Part shown: one piece after another, positions 1 to 11,744 of the stretch | How positions within the stretch are numbered: position 1 is the first letter of the stretch | Layout of the letters: every line of letters starts with the position of its first letter | Assembly: GCA_964016885.1 (NCBI GenBank) | Contig: OZ024751.1 | Coordinates: 51,832,001 to 51,896,000 of the forward strand | Direction: 5' to 3' | Source: Eledone cirrhosa | Taxonomy: Eukaryota | DNA: 64,000 nucleotides | The notes under the pieces: model-generated | Told to the model about the DNA's origin: nothing | Seen by the model: only the letters and a program-made list of their open reading frames with translations | Databases searched by the model: none | Translations under genes and position numbers: made by a program

Positions 1-108
1 AGTTTAACAATGAAAGAAAAACACCCAATGACTACTTGATATACTTGTTTGTGTAAGAAAACAAATCAAGCGCCATAAACTATATATACATATTATACAC
101 AAAGGCAC

Positions 109-179
<71 letters not shown>

Positions 180-206
180 TGTGTGTGTCTGTCTGTATAA
201 TATATA

Positions 207-3200
207 TCATCATCATCATCATCATCAACGTTTAACGTCCGTGTTCCACGCTTGCATGGGTTTGGACGGGGGTAGTCCCACTTGAGGCAAGAGTGATTGT
301 CTTGCTCGCATAGGACTGTCTGGCAGGTTTTCTACAGTTGGATGCCCTTCCTAACACCAACCACATTTACAGTGTGGGTCTGGGAGGTTTTTACCGTGTT
401 GCCTACACGGCCACATTACAGCGTGGACTGTGTGTTTTTTTGTCGTGACACCTACACGATCTCATTTGTTTCGGCCTCGATGGCGCGGCACCAACATAAC
501 TTTACATAGAACGGGGTGGTGTGGATCGGGTGGGGGTGGTGGGACGGGGTGTATTTTGTTAGAGATGCCTACTGGCTGGAGTAGGTTTTACTATATATTT
601 AGGTAAGGCGGGTCTTCTCTGTTACTGAGTACCGCCAAAGGTCTCGGTCCAGTGACATTGTCTTGGAGAGGTGTAAGTGTGTGATGTCGGAGTTTATCAG
701 CTCGTCCCAGGTTTTTCTAGGTCTGCCTATTCCGTGACTACCGTCTATCTTTATTGCCCTGCACTTTGTTATACAGCTATCGACTTTCATGCGCATCACG
801 TGTCCATACCAACATAGCCTTCTCTCGAGTAAACAACATCTGATCCCTCTTATCTCTAATTTATTCCTTAGTTCGTTTATGCTTTGCCGTTCACGTATAT
901 TACTGTTACACATCCAGCGGAGCATGCAAGCTTCGTTCCTCTCTAGTCTGCGTATATCCTCTGCACACAATGCCCAGGTCTCACTGCCATGCAGCATTGC
1001 TGTTCGTATGCAGGCATCGTACAACCTGCCTTTCATTTTTAGTGAGAACCCTTTAGCAGCTAATAGTGGTATAAGCTCTCTGAACTTTTTCCAACCAGTT
1101 CTGACTCTAGCTACAGTACTTTCAGAGCACCCTCCCCCACTGCTGATTTTATCGCCCAGGTAACGGAAGCTGTCCACTATTTCTATAGAACCCTCTGCGC
1201 AATTGAAAGAGCTAGTAGTTTGTGGGCACTTGCTGCTACTTATTGCACCAGAGCACCGGCCACATGTAAAATCTATGTTCTTAGTTAGCCTACCTGTGAT
1301 CCCACTACATCTTTTATGCACCCATACTTTGCATTTAGGACATAAAATGGAGTTTCTACCTACGCCTTTCCTACACACCGAGCACGACCATTTCCCAGAA
1401 GGGACCGCCGCCTTGTTTTCTTTCCTACAAACTAGTACTTTGGTCTTAGCCAGGTTAATTTTAAGTCCTTTTGACTCTAGGCCGTGCTTCCATGTTTGGA
1501 ATTTCTTCTCTAGCTCGGCCATTGATTCCGCTATGAGTGTCAGGTCGTCTGCGTATAGGAGTTCCCATGGGCAGCCTGTCTTGAACTCCTCTGTTATGGC
1601 CTGAAGGGCAATAATAAATAGTAGTGGACTGAGAACAGAGCCCTGATGGACGCCGACTTTTACGCTAAACTCTTCACTATATTCGTTGTTAATTCTAACC
1701 TTGCTGACTGTTTCTTTATACATGGCTTGTATAGCCCTCACAAGCCATTCGTCAACGCCTAGTTTTCTAAGAGCCCACCAGATAATGGAGCGGGGGACTC
1801 TGTCGAAGGCTTTCTCCAAGTCGACAAAAGCTAAGTAGAGGGGTTTACCTTTAGCTAGGTACTTCTCTTGTAGTTGTCGTACTATGAAAAGAGCGTCTGT
1901 GGTACTTTTGCCTGACACAAACCCGAACTGCATTTCATCTAGGTCAATTCTCTCTCTGATTAGTTGCGCTATTACTCTTTCCGTGACCTTCATGACCTGG
2001 TCGATTAATTTAATGCCTCTATAGTTACTCCTATCTAGGGCGTCTCCTTTACCCTTATAACAGTTAACGATGATGCTGCTATGCCAGTCCTTCGGAACAA
2101 CCCCGTTCTGTACGACTTGGTTAACTATGCGGGTGACCATGGTGTGTCCCACCGTGCCAGATGCCTTCAGCATCTCAGCAACTATTTCCGAAGGCCCAGC
2201 CGCCTTACCAGTCTTCATATCCTTGATTGCCTTACTTATTATACTCCCCTCGACTAACACTGCTGGTCCCTCTATTGGGTCGATATGGGGGAGACTGCCT
2301 TTCTCCCAATTATTCTCCTCATTTAGAAGCCTTTCATAGTGACACTTCCAAGCTACCTTCTTATCAGCGTCGGTGATGGCAAGTGTGCCATCGTCGTTTA
2401 GTACACACTTCTCCCCGACAATATCACGGTTTTCCTTGACGCATTGCCTAGCAATCCTGAACACCTCACGTTTTTGGTCATCGCGTTGTAGAACATGCTT
2501 GAACTTTCTTTCCTCAGCTTCCCTTCTTGCTAAGTACACTTGTCTCCTAGCTTCCCTCCTGGCCACTTGATAGTCCTCTCTACTTCCCCCATCCCGCCAT
2601 ACTTTCCAAGCCTGCTTTTTGGCCTTAATTGACCCCTCCACCTTACTGTTCCACCACCATGTTACTCTCCTCCTGCCTACAGGCCTGCTCCAGCCACAGA
2701 CCTCGTCTGTCGCCAACAGCAGGTTTGCTTTCAGAAATTCCCACTCTCCCTCTATATTGTCCGACTCTAAATGTTCTTCCTTACTGTCGAAAGCATCAAG
2801 TAATATGCTTTGAAATTTATTCCTGGCTGTGGGGTCCTTTAGCTTCCATATTTTCCTCCTGAGGATAGTCCTCTTCTGTTGTCGAGTACGTCTCGTCCTG
2901 ACTATGAGGTCGCTAATTATCAGTCTATGTTGGGAGGTGCATTCTTCATGGGGGAGGGATTTAGTGTTAACAACAGACACTCTGTCACGTCTTCTGGTAA
3001 GGATATAATCTACCTGGCTTGTGTGTTCCCCGGATCTATAGGTGATCAGGTGATTGTCACGTTTTTTGAAGTTAGTGTTACAGATAGTTAGGTTATTTGC
3101 ATCACAGAATTCCAGGATTCTGGAGCCTTCCTCATTTCTAGTACCAAACCCATAGCCTCCATGGATTTCGTCGTAGCCGTCACAATGTTGTCCAACGTGA

Positions 3201-4565
3201 CCATTTAGGTCGCCTGCGATAATTATATAGTCACTGTCGGATATTTGGGAGGTAGTTAGCATCAGTGTCTCATAGAATCTGTCTTTTATAGTGCCGGGCA
3301 GTCCGGATTGGGGTGCGTACGCAGATATTACTGTCACCGTAGTTCTATTGAGGACAAGTCGTATTTTAATTATTCTGTCGTTCACTCTATTTACGTCTAT
3401 TATCTTATCTGCCCACTTTTCTGCTACCATGATTCCTACTCCACCCAGCCCATCGTCGTTTCCCACCCAGAAAAGCTTATAACAACGTTTTTTACCCTCA
3501 ATGAACCTAGCAGACCCACCCCTCCACCTGGTCTCTTGAATACAACAAACATCGACCTCCTTACGTTCAAGCATTTCTACAACCTCGTTAGCGCGACCCT
3601 TTAGGGTGCCTACATTTATGGTACCAACTCTGAAGTTTTGGATTGCGTTTGGGGGTTGGGGGCGGTGAGGGGCGGGGGGCGATGGGGTTATGTTAGCCGT
3701 CCGCGGTCGAAACAATGAGGAGTGCTCGCATTCTCGTCCAAGGGGTGAATTTGTCTTTATCTTTGGCATTGTCGCTGAGCGTCCAGATTTTTCTCTCTCA
3801 CCTCCACTCTCCAGGATTCCGCAGTCCATCCATCCATCATATATCGTATATCGAAAGGCAACCAGGCAAGCGATAGTATAGGCCTCTGGTTTCTGATTGG
3901 TCCGCGTAGTAATACTGGTGATACGTGGGGGCTCTGTTTTATGATTGGTCCACGTAATAGCAATGGTGGTGTGTGGGGGTGGGAGGGAGGGGTGTTGGGT
4001 AGCTAGCAAGAAGGTAATGATTGAGAGGGGTCTATGCATTTAACAAGCGATTAACAAAAATACAAAATTTGTTCTGTTAAATACGTCCAAAAACCTAAAC
4101 GTATTTAGCACTTAATAGAAACAGAAAATGTAGTTTGTTTTAGCGATAGTTTGGCTATTTGGACTTGAATACGAAATGTGGATTGTTTTGAAAATACGCT
4201 AGGAGAGAGAGAGAGAGAGATGAAGTCTGTACATTACGTTTACATGAATTTCGTTTGGACAGCAGGCAAAGAAATGAAATTTGGCGAAGTGAATTCCTAT
4301 CATATATTTATAGGGAGAGAGAGAGAGAGAGAGTGCGAGGGTAGGGGGCCACATGATGGCTGTGGGTGTTAGGCGTTTGACCGCCCCGTGCCTTCGAAGA
4401 AGGAAGAAGGAAAGGATTTTGCTTTTTTGTTTTGAAGATACGCTAGAATTAGGGATTGGGGTTTGAAAATACGTTAGGAATTAAGGTTTGAAAATAGCTA
4501 GCAAGAAGGTAATGATTGAGAGGGGTCTATGCATTTAACAAGCGATTAACAAAAATACAAAATTT
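207..4565 (-). mobile_element. RTE-clade LINE, subfamily A, apparently full length, (GAT)n tail
   Basis: Uninterrupted APE-RT ORF; 3'UTR 207-598 ends in a hairpin plus (GAT)n; 5' region carries a 71-bp direct repeat. Confidence 0.95.
599..3769 (-). CDS. RTE ORF: APE endonuclease, reverse transcriptase and PHD finger (1056 aa from the likely start MPKIK)
   Basis: GTINVGTL, IQETRW, GDLNGHVG, QVDYIL; RT QFGF, FVDLEKAFD, QGSVLSP, YADD; the second copy's ORF also starts MPKI. Confidence 0.95.
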   Translation of the reverse strand: MPKIKTNSPLGRECEHSSLFRPRTANITPSPPAPHRPQPPNAIQNFRVGTINVGTLKGRANEVVEMLERKEVDVCCIQETRWRGGSARFIEGKKRCYKLFWVGNDDGLGGVGIMVAEKWADKIIDVNRVNDRIIKIRLVLNRTTVTVISAYAPQSGLPGTIKDRFYETLMLTTSQISDSDYIIIAGDLNGHVGQHCDGYDEIHGGYGFGTRNEEGSRILEFCDANNLTICNTNFKKRDNHLITYRSGEHTSQVDYILTRRRDRVSVVNTKSLPHEECTSQHRLIISDLIVRTRRTRQQKRTILRRKIWKLKDPTARNKFQSILLDAFDSKEEHLESDNIEGEWEFLKANLLLATDEVCGWSRPVGRRRVTWWWNSKVEGSIKAKKQAWKVWRDGGSREDYQVARREARRQVYLARREAEERKFKHVLQRDDQKREVFRIARQCVKENRDIVGEKCVLNDDGTLAITDADKKVAWKCHYERLLNEENNWEKGSLPHIDPIEGPAVLVEGSIISKAIKDMKTGKAAGPSEIVAEMLKASGTVGHTMVTRIVNQVVQNGVVPKDWHSSIIVNCYKGKGDALDRSNYRGIKLIDQVMKVTERVIAQLIRERIDLDEMQFGFVSGKSTTDALFIVRQLQEKYLAKGKPLYLAFVDLEKAFDRVPRSIIWWALRKLGVDEWLVRAIQAMYKETVSKVRINNEYSEEFSVKVGVHQGSVLSPLLFIIALQAITEEFKTGCPWELLYADDLTLIAESMAELEKKFQTWKHGLESKGLKINLAKTKVLVCRKENKAAVPSGKWSCSVCRKGVGRNSILCPKCKVWVHKRCSGITGRLTKNIDFTCGRCSGAISSSKCPQTTSSFNCAEGSIEIVDSFRYLGDKISSGGGCSESTVARVRTGWKKFRELIPLLAAKGFSLKMKGRLYDACIRTAMLHGSETWALCAEDIRRLERNEACMLRWMCNSNIRERQSINELRNKLEIRGIRCCLLERRLCWYGHVMRMKVDSCITKCRAIKIDGSHGIGRPRKTWDELINSDITHLHLSKTMSLDRDLWRYSVTEKTRLT

Positions 4566-5179
4566 ATATATGTATATATAGTTTATGGCTTTATCTCTCT
4601 CATTCTCCTTTCTTCCTCTTTTTCTCTTTGTCTCCTTTCTTTATAGTTTGTGTGTGGGAATGTTAGTGCATGTGCATGCACACACACACACACACACTCA
4701 CTCACTCACATATGCCCAACACATACAAGTATAGAAAAACAAACATAAAATATATACACATATATACAGCTCTCTTCCCACCACCTCCACACCTGACTTT
4801 CTTTTTATGGGAAACTTATTACAGAAAAATTAAATACCACAAGAGAGGTGAAGAGAGAGAGAGGGAGAGAGGAAGAGGAGAAAGAAAGGAGACAAAGAAA
4901 AAAAGAAGAAAGAAGAGAGAGAGAAAGAAAATATAATTACCAGCTATAAGAACAAGCAATAAAATTAAATGTGAAGAGAGTCCCCTTTCTCCCCCACCCC
5001 ACCATCAATGACCAAGACAACATAGAGTAGAGAGGATCCTCTGCACATGTCGAGTACCTGGGAAAATATAGGGTTGTCATCATATATATGCAAGCATGGA
5101 ACATGGACGTTAAACGATGATGATGATGATGATGATATATAAAGTCTAAAGTCTGTCTTAAACCAGAAGGTTCATTTGG

Positions 5180-5420
5180 CCGGTGCTTATCCTGGTTTCA
5201 TGGTGTGAAGCGACTGAGAGTACAAGGCTCCCTCCTGGACAGGACGCCAGTCAATCGCAGCGTTAAACCCCCAGCTATTGCTGGTACTCATTTTCAGCTG
5301 AGTATACTGGAGTAACGTGAAATGAATTGTTTTGCTCAAGAACACATGCAGCCCAGGAATCGAACCCACAACATTATGATCATAAGTCCAACACCCTTAC
5401 CACTAGGCTATGTTCCTCCA
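5180..5420 (-). mobile_element. tRNA-SINE with V-domain-like body
   Basis: tagcctagtggtaag, ggttcgattcc; ctgcgattgactggcgtcctgtccagg. Confidence 0.65.
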
Positions 5421-5436
5421 CTCATATATATATATA

Positions 5437-6570
5437 TCTATACATATATATAAAACTGGAGTTGTGTGTCCTCATTTTTGCAAAGTCTATACAAATCTAC
5501 ATTTCTTCTCCGATTGACTTCAAACTTGCATTTATATATTCCTTGCGGTCTAAAGATATTAACTGCAGCTTTTATTTTTCAATTTTCTGTTGTTAAAGGG
5601 GTGTTAGGTGTGCCCGTATATGTCTGTATGTCTGACTGTCTGCATTATGACATTATGACAAACACGTCATTGCTGACGTATTAGCTTCGCTATTTTCCGT
5701 TCATTGCCAGGGAACGTCTTCACAAACCAAAGTATCGTCTTCCTGTTTTCTTTCGGTTGCAATGTTTTTCAAAATATTTACTTCTGCGTTCACAGATTGA
5801 TTTTTTTTAGTTTCAGAAGATCCCGTTAAGGGTGAAAGCAGCGATTCTTTGCTTAAACTTTAATCTGTTATTTTAATATATAATATAAGCGAGGCAAGCC
5901 AGCCCAGTTGCCACTTCTTGCCAATAAACATTAACCCTTTGTGCGCCATTCATCTAACTGTAGACCAACAAATACCAACTAAACGGAGCATTGACAAGAA
6001 CGATGGCGAATGAATCTTCGAGGTAAGCAGTTTCCCCCCGAGCTGTTAGTTCACGCGGGATTCTCTGCTACACCTTTTTGTAATAATACCGAACAACGTA
6101 CTGCTGGTCACTCCTTCCTCCAAAAGCCATACAAAGCGGATATGTGCATCGGGCAGATGGATCGGGTGCAAATCTACACCAGGCCTACGCGAGAAATTCA
6201 CAAGGGACTGCACCAAGAGGGATAAAGAGAAAGAGTAACTTAGTGGAAAGAGTGTGAATGAACTTTTGAGTTAAGTAGCCTACGCCTTACTGCTATTGCA
6301 CTGGAACCTTCTGCCAATTTAACCTGTGACTTTCTCTTTCACATTTACTCCAACAGGCCAAAACAGAGGAGTATGAAAAGAAGGGGCTCAACAATATTTC
6401 TATGAACAATGCACGTAGGCAGCTAAACTGTACTTTCAACTTATTAATTTTCACCAAATAAAACAAGTTTCCTGTCGGTATATTTTCGTGGGCACTCACA
6501 AATAAACGTTTCTCATTGGAGGTGCTATTACCAATGTTCTTACCCGTGCAACGCCGGGATACACTGCTAG
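5437..6570 (+). mobile_element. Non-autonomous Helitron-like element
   Basis: A|TCTATAC 5' end; subterminal hairpin CCCG-tgcaacgc-CGGG then CTAG|T. Confidence 0.65.
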
Positions 6571-6688
<118 letters not shown>

Positions 6689-6716
6689 GTAAGTTAGTAA
6701 GGTATATATATCTCAC

Positions 6717-6782
6717 CTTATAGAACTGTTGTTGTTTATCAGGCAGTTTTCTAGCATGTCGCAAAACCTTTTGTAGGTCAGC
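6717..6782 (-). CDS. INTS14: INTS14 coding exon 8 (terminal exon not found in window)
   Basis: ADLQKVLRHARKLPDKQQQFYK; ctctag/GTGAG; 66 nt, phase 0/0. Confidence 0.95.
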
Positions 6783-7770
6783 CTAGAGATAAACACAAGA
6801 AAGAAGAAATAATAACATTAACACCAAGAAATACCCCACACCACCATGCCCTTGAAAACAACAATATTAACAGCAATAACAGTAGTGGCAACAAAGAAGT
6901 ACTGAATGCAGACATTGCACAATTGCTAGAAATAGCAGAAATATCTCTTTCAAATCACACACTTTATCATCTCATGGAGATATGTATGTAGTTACTCAAC
7001 CTGCTAAAGAACACAGGTTGGTAGGTAGGTAGGTAGATCATTAAATAACACAGGTAGGTAGGCAGGTAGATCATTAAATAACACAGGTAGGTAGGCAGGT
7101 AGGCTGGTAAGCAGGTAGGTAGGCAAGTAGGTATGTGTAAGATATGATATACATGTGGGCCATTGAGGTGTTCTCCGAGAACCTTTTTAAATTTTTATAT
7201 ATAAGATATAATATAATATACAGGTGGACTATAAGCAAAACTAAAAAAAAACCCTCAAAACTGGACCATTACAAAAAAAAAAAAAGCTATTGATCATTGC
7301 TCTACACAGTTGTTTAACATGTTAGATATAGCTGATAAATCACCTTCGAAATCACACCTGAAATTCTTAGAAAAGGGAAGCACATGCTGGATAGCATAGA
7401 CCTAAATGCAGCATGTTTTTTTTTTTTAAATGATGCAAGGGTCATGAGTCTGTTTAATTAGGGTTGAACTGGGAATAAACAGATTGTGTAGATTTGTTTT
7501 GTATGTGTTCCATTATCCAATCACATTACACCATCTACAGTATGATATACATGATATAAATCCTGCTGGAACCTATTGTATGGTTCTCAGTTAGGGCCTA
7601 TTGTATTGTTCTCAGTTAGGGCCTATTGTATGGTTCTGAGTTAGGGCCTATTGTATAGTTCTCAAGTAAGCTGCAGATGACATGGTATACCTGGGACAAC
7701 TGCCACATCACCAAGTCACATCATGCCAGGTTTAGTTGTTCTGCTGGCTGTATGGCAACTGTAACAACAA

Positions 7771-7998
7771 TTAACCCTTTAGCATTTACATTACTCTATA
7801 TTTACTATTATATTTTCATGGTAAAGGCTTTACCTCGCATAATTATCTCACATAATATCGAATCTATGAGATTTTGATATCATTTATTTTGGGAACAATA
7901 CCTTAACGTTAGTATGAGCAGCCAGTTACGGTTGGTTTGAACAGAAAAAGGTGAGAGAATTCTGGCAGATATGACCGGTTTAAATGCTAATGGGTTAA
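7771..7998. mobile_element. piggyBac-type MITE, TTAA target (copies 24068-24283, 37078-37306, 38380-38594, 38783-39011)
   Basis: TTAA-CCCTTTAGCATTTA ... TAAATGCTAA(A/T)GGG-TTAA terminal inverted repeats. Confidence 0.85.
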
Positions 7999-8314
7999 AG
8001 GAACAAAGGTGGTCTGCTTGACTGCTATCACTTCATCATTGCTCCAAATATCTTAATAACATTGTGTAGTTAAATATTTCATAGTTGAAAGACTATACTA
8101 AAGCTAAAGAAGAAGCTTGTGTGAGTTCTTTTTTATTTTGTGTGAAAGAGGAAGAGAAAAAAAAAAAATACAAGATTTATGATAATGTGTGAACCAGAGC
8201 ATGAATGTGTAAAGGTTGTCAGAGCACAAATGGAAGTATGTTAACAGCACGAATTTGTGGAAACATAGCTACATGTGCCTATAATTCACTGAAATGGCAC
8301 TTGTTTATAGATAT

Positions 8315-9174
8315 CCAAAGTGTTGATGAGTAGAAAAGAGGACAAAACTCTGATTCCATCAAGGAAATGGCCATGTTTGATATGCAGAAAAGGAACTGGC
8401 ATAAATTCTATAAAATGTACACAATGCAGATCTTGGGTACACAAGAGATGTAGTGGGATAGCAGGCAAACTAACAGGTAGGGAGAAATACGTATGCAGTA
8501 GATGTACAGGGAAATTTGACAGACACATTTTTCAAATGCAGGTGGGTGCTATAGAAGTGGTTGATAGCTTCCGGTACCTAGGTGATCAGATTAGCATGGG
8601 AGGGGGGTGTTCCAAGGCCATAGTATCTAGAATAAGGATGGGTTGGAAGAAGTTTAGGGAGCTGCTTCCTCTGCTGACGAAGAAGGGTTTCTCCCTGCAT
8701 ACAAAAGGCTGGTTATATGATGCCTGTGTGAGGTGCGCGATGCTGCATGGTAGTGAGACATGGGCAGCAACTGCAGAGGATATGCGACAGCTGGAAAGAA
8801 ATGAGGCAAGCATGCTCCATTGGATGTGCAATGTCAATGTGCGTGAACGGCCGAGCATGGATGTGTTGAGAGAGAAACTGTCTGAGAGGGATAAATTGTA
8901 GTGTGCGGGAGAGGAGACTGCGATAGTATGGACATGTGATGCACATGGAGGATGACCGATGGGTGAAGAAGTGGCAAGAAATGCCAGTTGAAGGAAGATG
9001 TAGTAGAGGAAGACCATGAAAAACATGGGCGGAGGTGGTGAGAGCAGACCTCAGATCGCTGAAGTTCACGGTGGAGATGACGAAGAACCATGACAAGTGG
9101 AGAGATGCTGTGCTGAATAAGACCCGTCCCACCCTTGTAAGCAGGGAAAAGCGGACGTAAAATGATGATGATGA
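8315..9174 (+). mobile_element. RTE subfamily C, 5'-truncated
   Basis: PHD plus C-terminus (AMLHGSETW); very short 3' end with hairpin and (GAT)n. Confidence 0.9.
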
Positions 9175-9209
9175 TATACATATATACACAAACACACATA
9201 TATAAATAA

Positions 9210-9253
<44 letters not shown>

Positions 9254-9501
9254 AAATAAAATTTCATTTCTCACTCTTAGTACGGCTGATACTTAAATAT
9301 AAGCATGTATATGTACATACATTTATGTATACAGACGTACAGTAGTATGTATATACATACATACATGCACACATATATATATGTACGTATGGGTTTACCG
9401 AACATTTATTATAATGCTCGGTGTGTTTGTAAACAAACATCCCGAATTAAGCCGTACAGTGTCTAGCAACCATCGTTGCCCTTTTGTTCAACACTGACAA
9501 A

Positions 9502-9556
9502 GGAACGATGAACTAGTTTCTAGCTTATTAGCTGTCATCAGCACCGTATACCTTCC
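9502..9556 (-). ncRNA. Minimal type-I hammerhead ribozyme
   Basis: CGGUG-CUGAUGA-C-AGCU(AAUA)AGCU-A-GAAA-CUAG-UU-CAUCG; palindromic ACUAGU in stem III. Confidence 0.8.
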
Positions 9557-9762
9557 TGTCAGTCGATTGAACATTTGAAAGTATATACTTTCCTTATGCA
9601 TATTAACGGCTGAGCAGCCTAATTTGCATATCGAGTGAGTTGGTCGGCCGGGTGTACCGAAAATGATAAATTGAAAAAATGAAATATATATGTGTGCATG
9701 TATGTATGTATATACATACTACTGTACGTCTGTATACATATATGTATGTACGTATACATGCT

Positions 9763-9796
<34 letters not shown>

Positions 9797-9902
9797 ATAT
9801 ATACACACACACAAACACATATATATACATACATAGACACACACACACACACACACATATATACATACATAGACACACACACACACATATATACATACAT
9901 AG

Positions 9903-9964
<62 letters not shown>

Positions 9965-10162
9965 CATATATACATATATGGTGTAGTACCAAATCAAGCA
10001 CTCTATGTACAGGCAGAGTGTATACAATAGAAAAAAAACGAGGAAGTTTTGTTTACATATAAAAGATATTTATTCTGTATCGACCTGTTAAGCACGTTTC
10101 GCAAAGGATTGGCTCAAGGGCACCAGAGGATTGATGTGACAAAAAAAAAAAAATTTTGTTAC

Positions 10163-10260
10163 ATTGCCAGTCTGAGGAGCAGATCGATACTGTTGTCAGG
10201 TCCATAACTCCTATGGGTGACCTTGAGCCAATCCTCTGTGAAACGCGTGTAACGTTGATA
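10163..10260 (+). ncRNA. Hammerhead motif with long stem II (paralog of 27574)
   Basis: CUGAGGA-GCAGA...UCUGU-GAAACGCGUGUA; an inverted partial copy lies at about 10080-10140. Confidence 0.6.
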
Positions 10261-10379
10261 CACAATAAATATTTTTTATATGTAAATGAAACATCCTCAT
10301 TTTTTTCTTTATATATATATATACATATACATACACACACATATATACATATATATATATTTTTTGGTGTTTGGTAAAA

Positions 10380-10770
10380 GAAGTAGGGTAGCCATTTTCA
10401 GTGAGAATTATCAGGAATTCCACCATGCTGACATGTCTGTTGCGACCCTCACTGCATCTGTTGTGTATCCTGGAGATCTCATCCTATATATAGGTAATTT
10501 TGACTCAATAGGGAAGGGCAGTCATGGTGCACAAAAATATTTCTGCAGGCATCCTTCTTGTAAAATTTGGTGTATATGGATCCTGCCTCTGTGACTCTTA
10601 GTGTAGAGAAAGGGATCCAGTGGTCTCTGAGTGCTCCACCTCAAATTTCATTTAGACGTCTACATTTTTGAAGATGTAAATCTTGACAGCTTTTTCATGG
10701 GATGAAGTGAGCATGTGGATATCAACATAACTGGAGAAGCTGCTGCCACATTCCAACGTGAAGAAAAGTG
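10380..10770 (-). mobile_element. Old Penelope-like RT fragment
   Basis: Across frameshifts: SYVDI (eroded YVDD), MKFEVE, TKFYKK...IFVHHD, EISRIHNRCS...ILTENGYP. Confidence 0.6.
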
Positions 10771-11150
10771 TTATAGACACTACCTCTACCCTTTGACCAG
10801 TCTCAAATACCCAGAAAAGTGTCCTAAGTGCTACCTCTATCCTCTGACCAGTCTCAAATACCCAGAAAAGTGTCCTAAGTGCTACCTCTATCCTCTGACC
10901 AGTCTCAAATACCCAGAAAAGTGTCCTAAGTGCTACCTCTATCCTCTGACCAGTCTCAAATACCCAGAAAAGTGTCCTAAGTGCTACCTCTACCCTCTGA
11001 CCAATCTCAAATACCCAGAAAAGTGTCATAAGTACTACTGCTACCCTCTGACCAGTCTCAAATATCCAGAAAAGTGTCATAAGTGCTATCTCTACCCTCT
11101 AACCAGTCTCAAGTATCCAGAAAATTATCATAGGTGCTACCCTTTCCTCT
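10762..11150. repeat. 51-bp minisatellite, about 7.5 copies
   Basis: Unit accagtctcaaatacccagaaaagtgtcctaagtgctacctctatcctctg. Confidence 0.9.
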
Positions 11151-11322
11151 GGGGATACATTATAAAACAACTGTGTGAGATAACAAAATGAAGATAAAGA
11201 AGAGATAAAACATGAGTGGGTGGATAGGTGGTAATGGGATGGCTAGCAGCAGTAGTAGTAGGAGCAGTATGAAGAGGACAAACAGCAACAAAGAGTATCT
11301 GTGTGAGGTAGTAGTGACATAC

Positions 11323-11498
11323 TTGTAAACCAGATGTCTTGATCCAAACTACACAGCTTTGGGCATAACTCCTTTTATCTGTTGGTCTGATGGGGAATGG
11401 TGTTTTACTGTCATCACTGCCATAGGGAGATTCTTCACCAAATTCATAAACTGGTCCCAGATGTTTAACGTTGCCAAGCCAACAGATGCTATTTTCAC
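11323..11498 (-). CDS. INTS14: INTS14 coding exon 7
   Basis: WLGNVKHLGP...SPYGSDDSKTPFPIRPTDKRSYAQSCVVWIKTSGLQ; ttttag/GTATGT; 176 nt, phase 1/0. Confidence 0.95.
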
Positions 11499-11544
11499 CT
11501 AAAAATAAATAAACAATATAAATATATATATAAATTGTGCAAGG

Positions 11545-11705
11545 TCAGCTTTTATCACATCATCCCAGGTCTTCCTACTTCATAACTTCCATCAACTTTG
11601 ATAGCGTTGCACCTTTTTATACAGCTGTCATCCTTCATACCATACCAATGCAATCTCCTCTCTAGCATACTGCATCTGATCCCTCTTATGCCCAATTTTG
11701 CTTTG
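11545..11705 (-). mobile_element. RTE C-terminal fragment
   Basis: LGIRGIRCSMLERRLHWYG...GRP. Confidence 0.75.
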
Positions 11706-11744
11706 TCGTTTGTGTATATTACTATTGCACATACATCATTAACA

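Noticed and set aside
789-3881. Plus-strand ORFs overlapping the RTE
   Set aside because: Antisense shadows of the RTE coding frame
3770-4039. 90-aa N-terminal extension of the RTE ORF
   Set aside because: Not conserved in the second copy, whose ORF starts at MPKI; likely 5'UTR
4330-4400. HDV-like ribozyme in the RTE 5'UTR
   Set aside because: I could not build the nested double pseudoknot by eye; needs a descriptor search
5810-5860. Hammerhead-like CAGAAGA-UCCC-GUUAA-GGGU-GAAAG (partial copy near 61270)
   Set aside because: Core mutated; no convincing stem I or III
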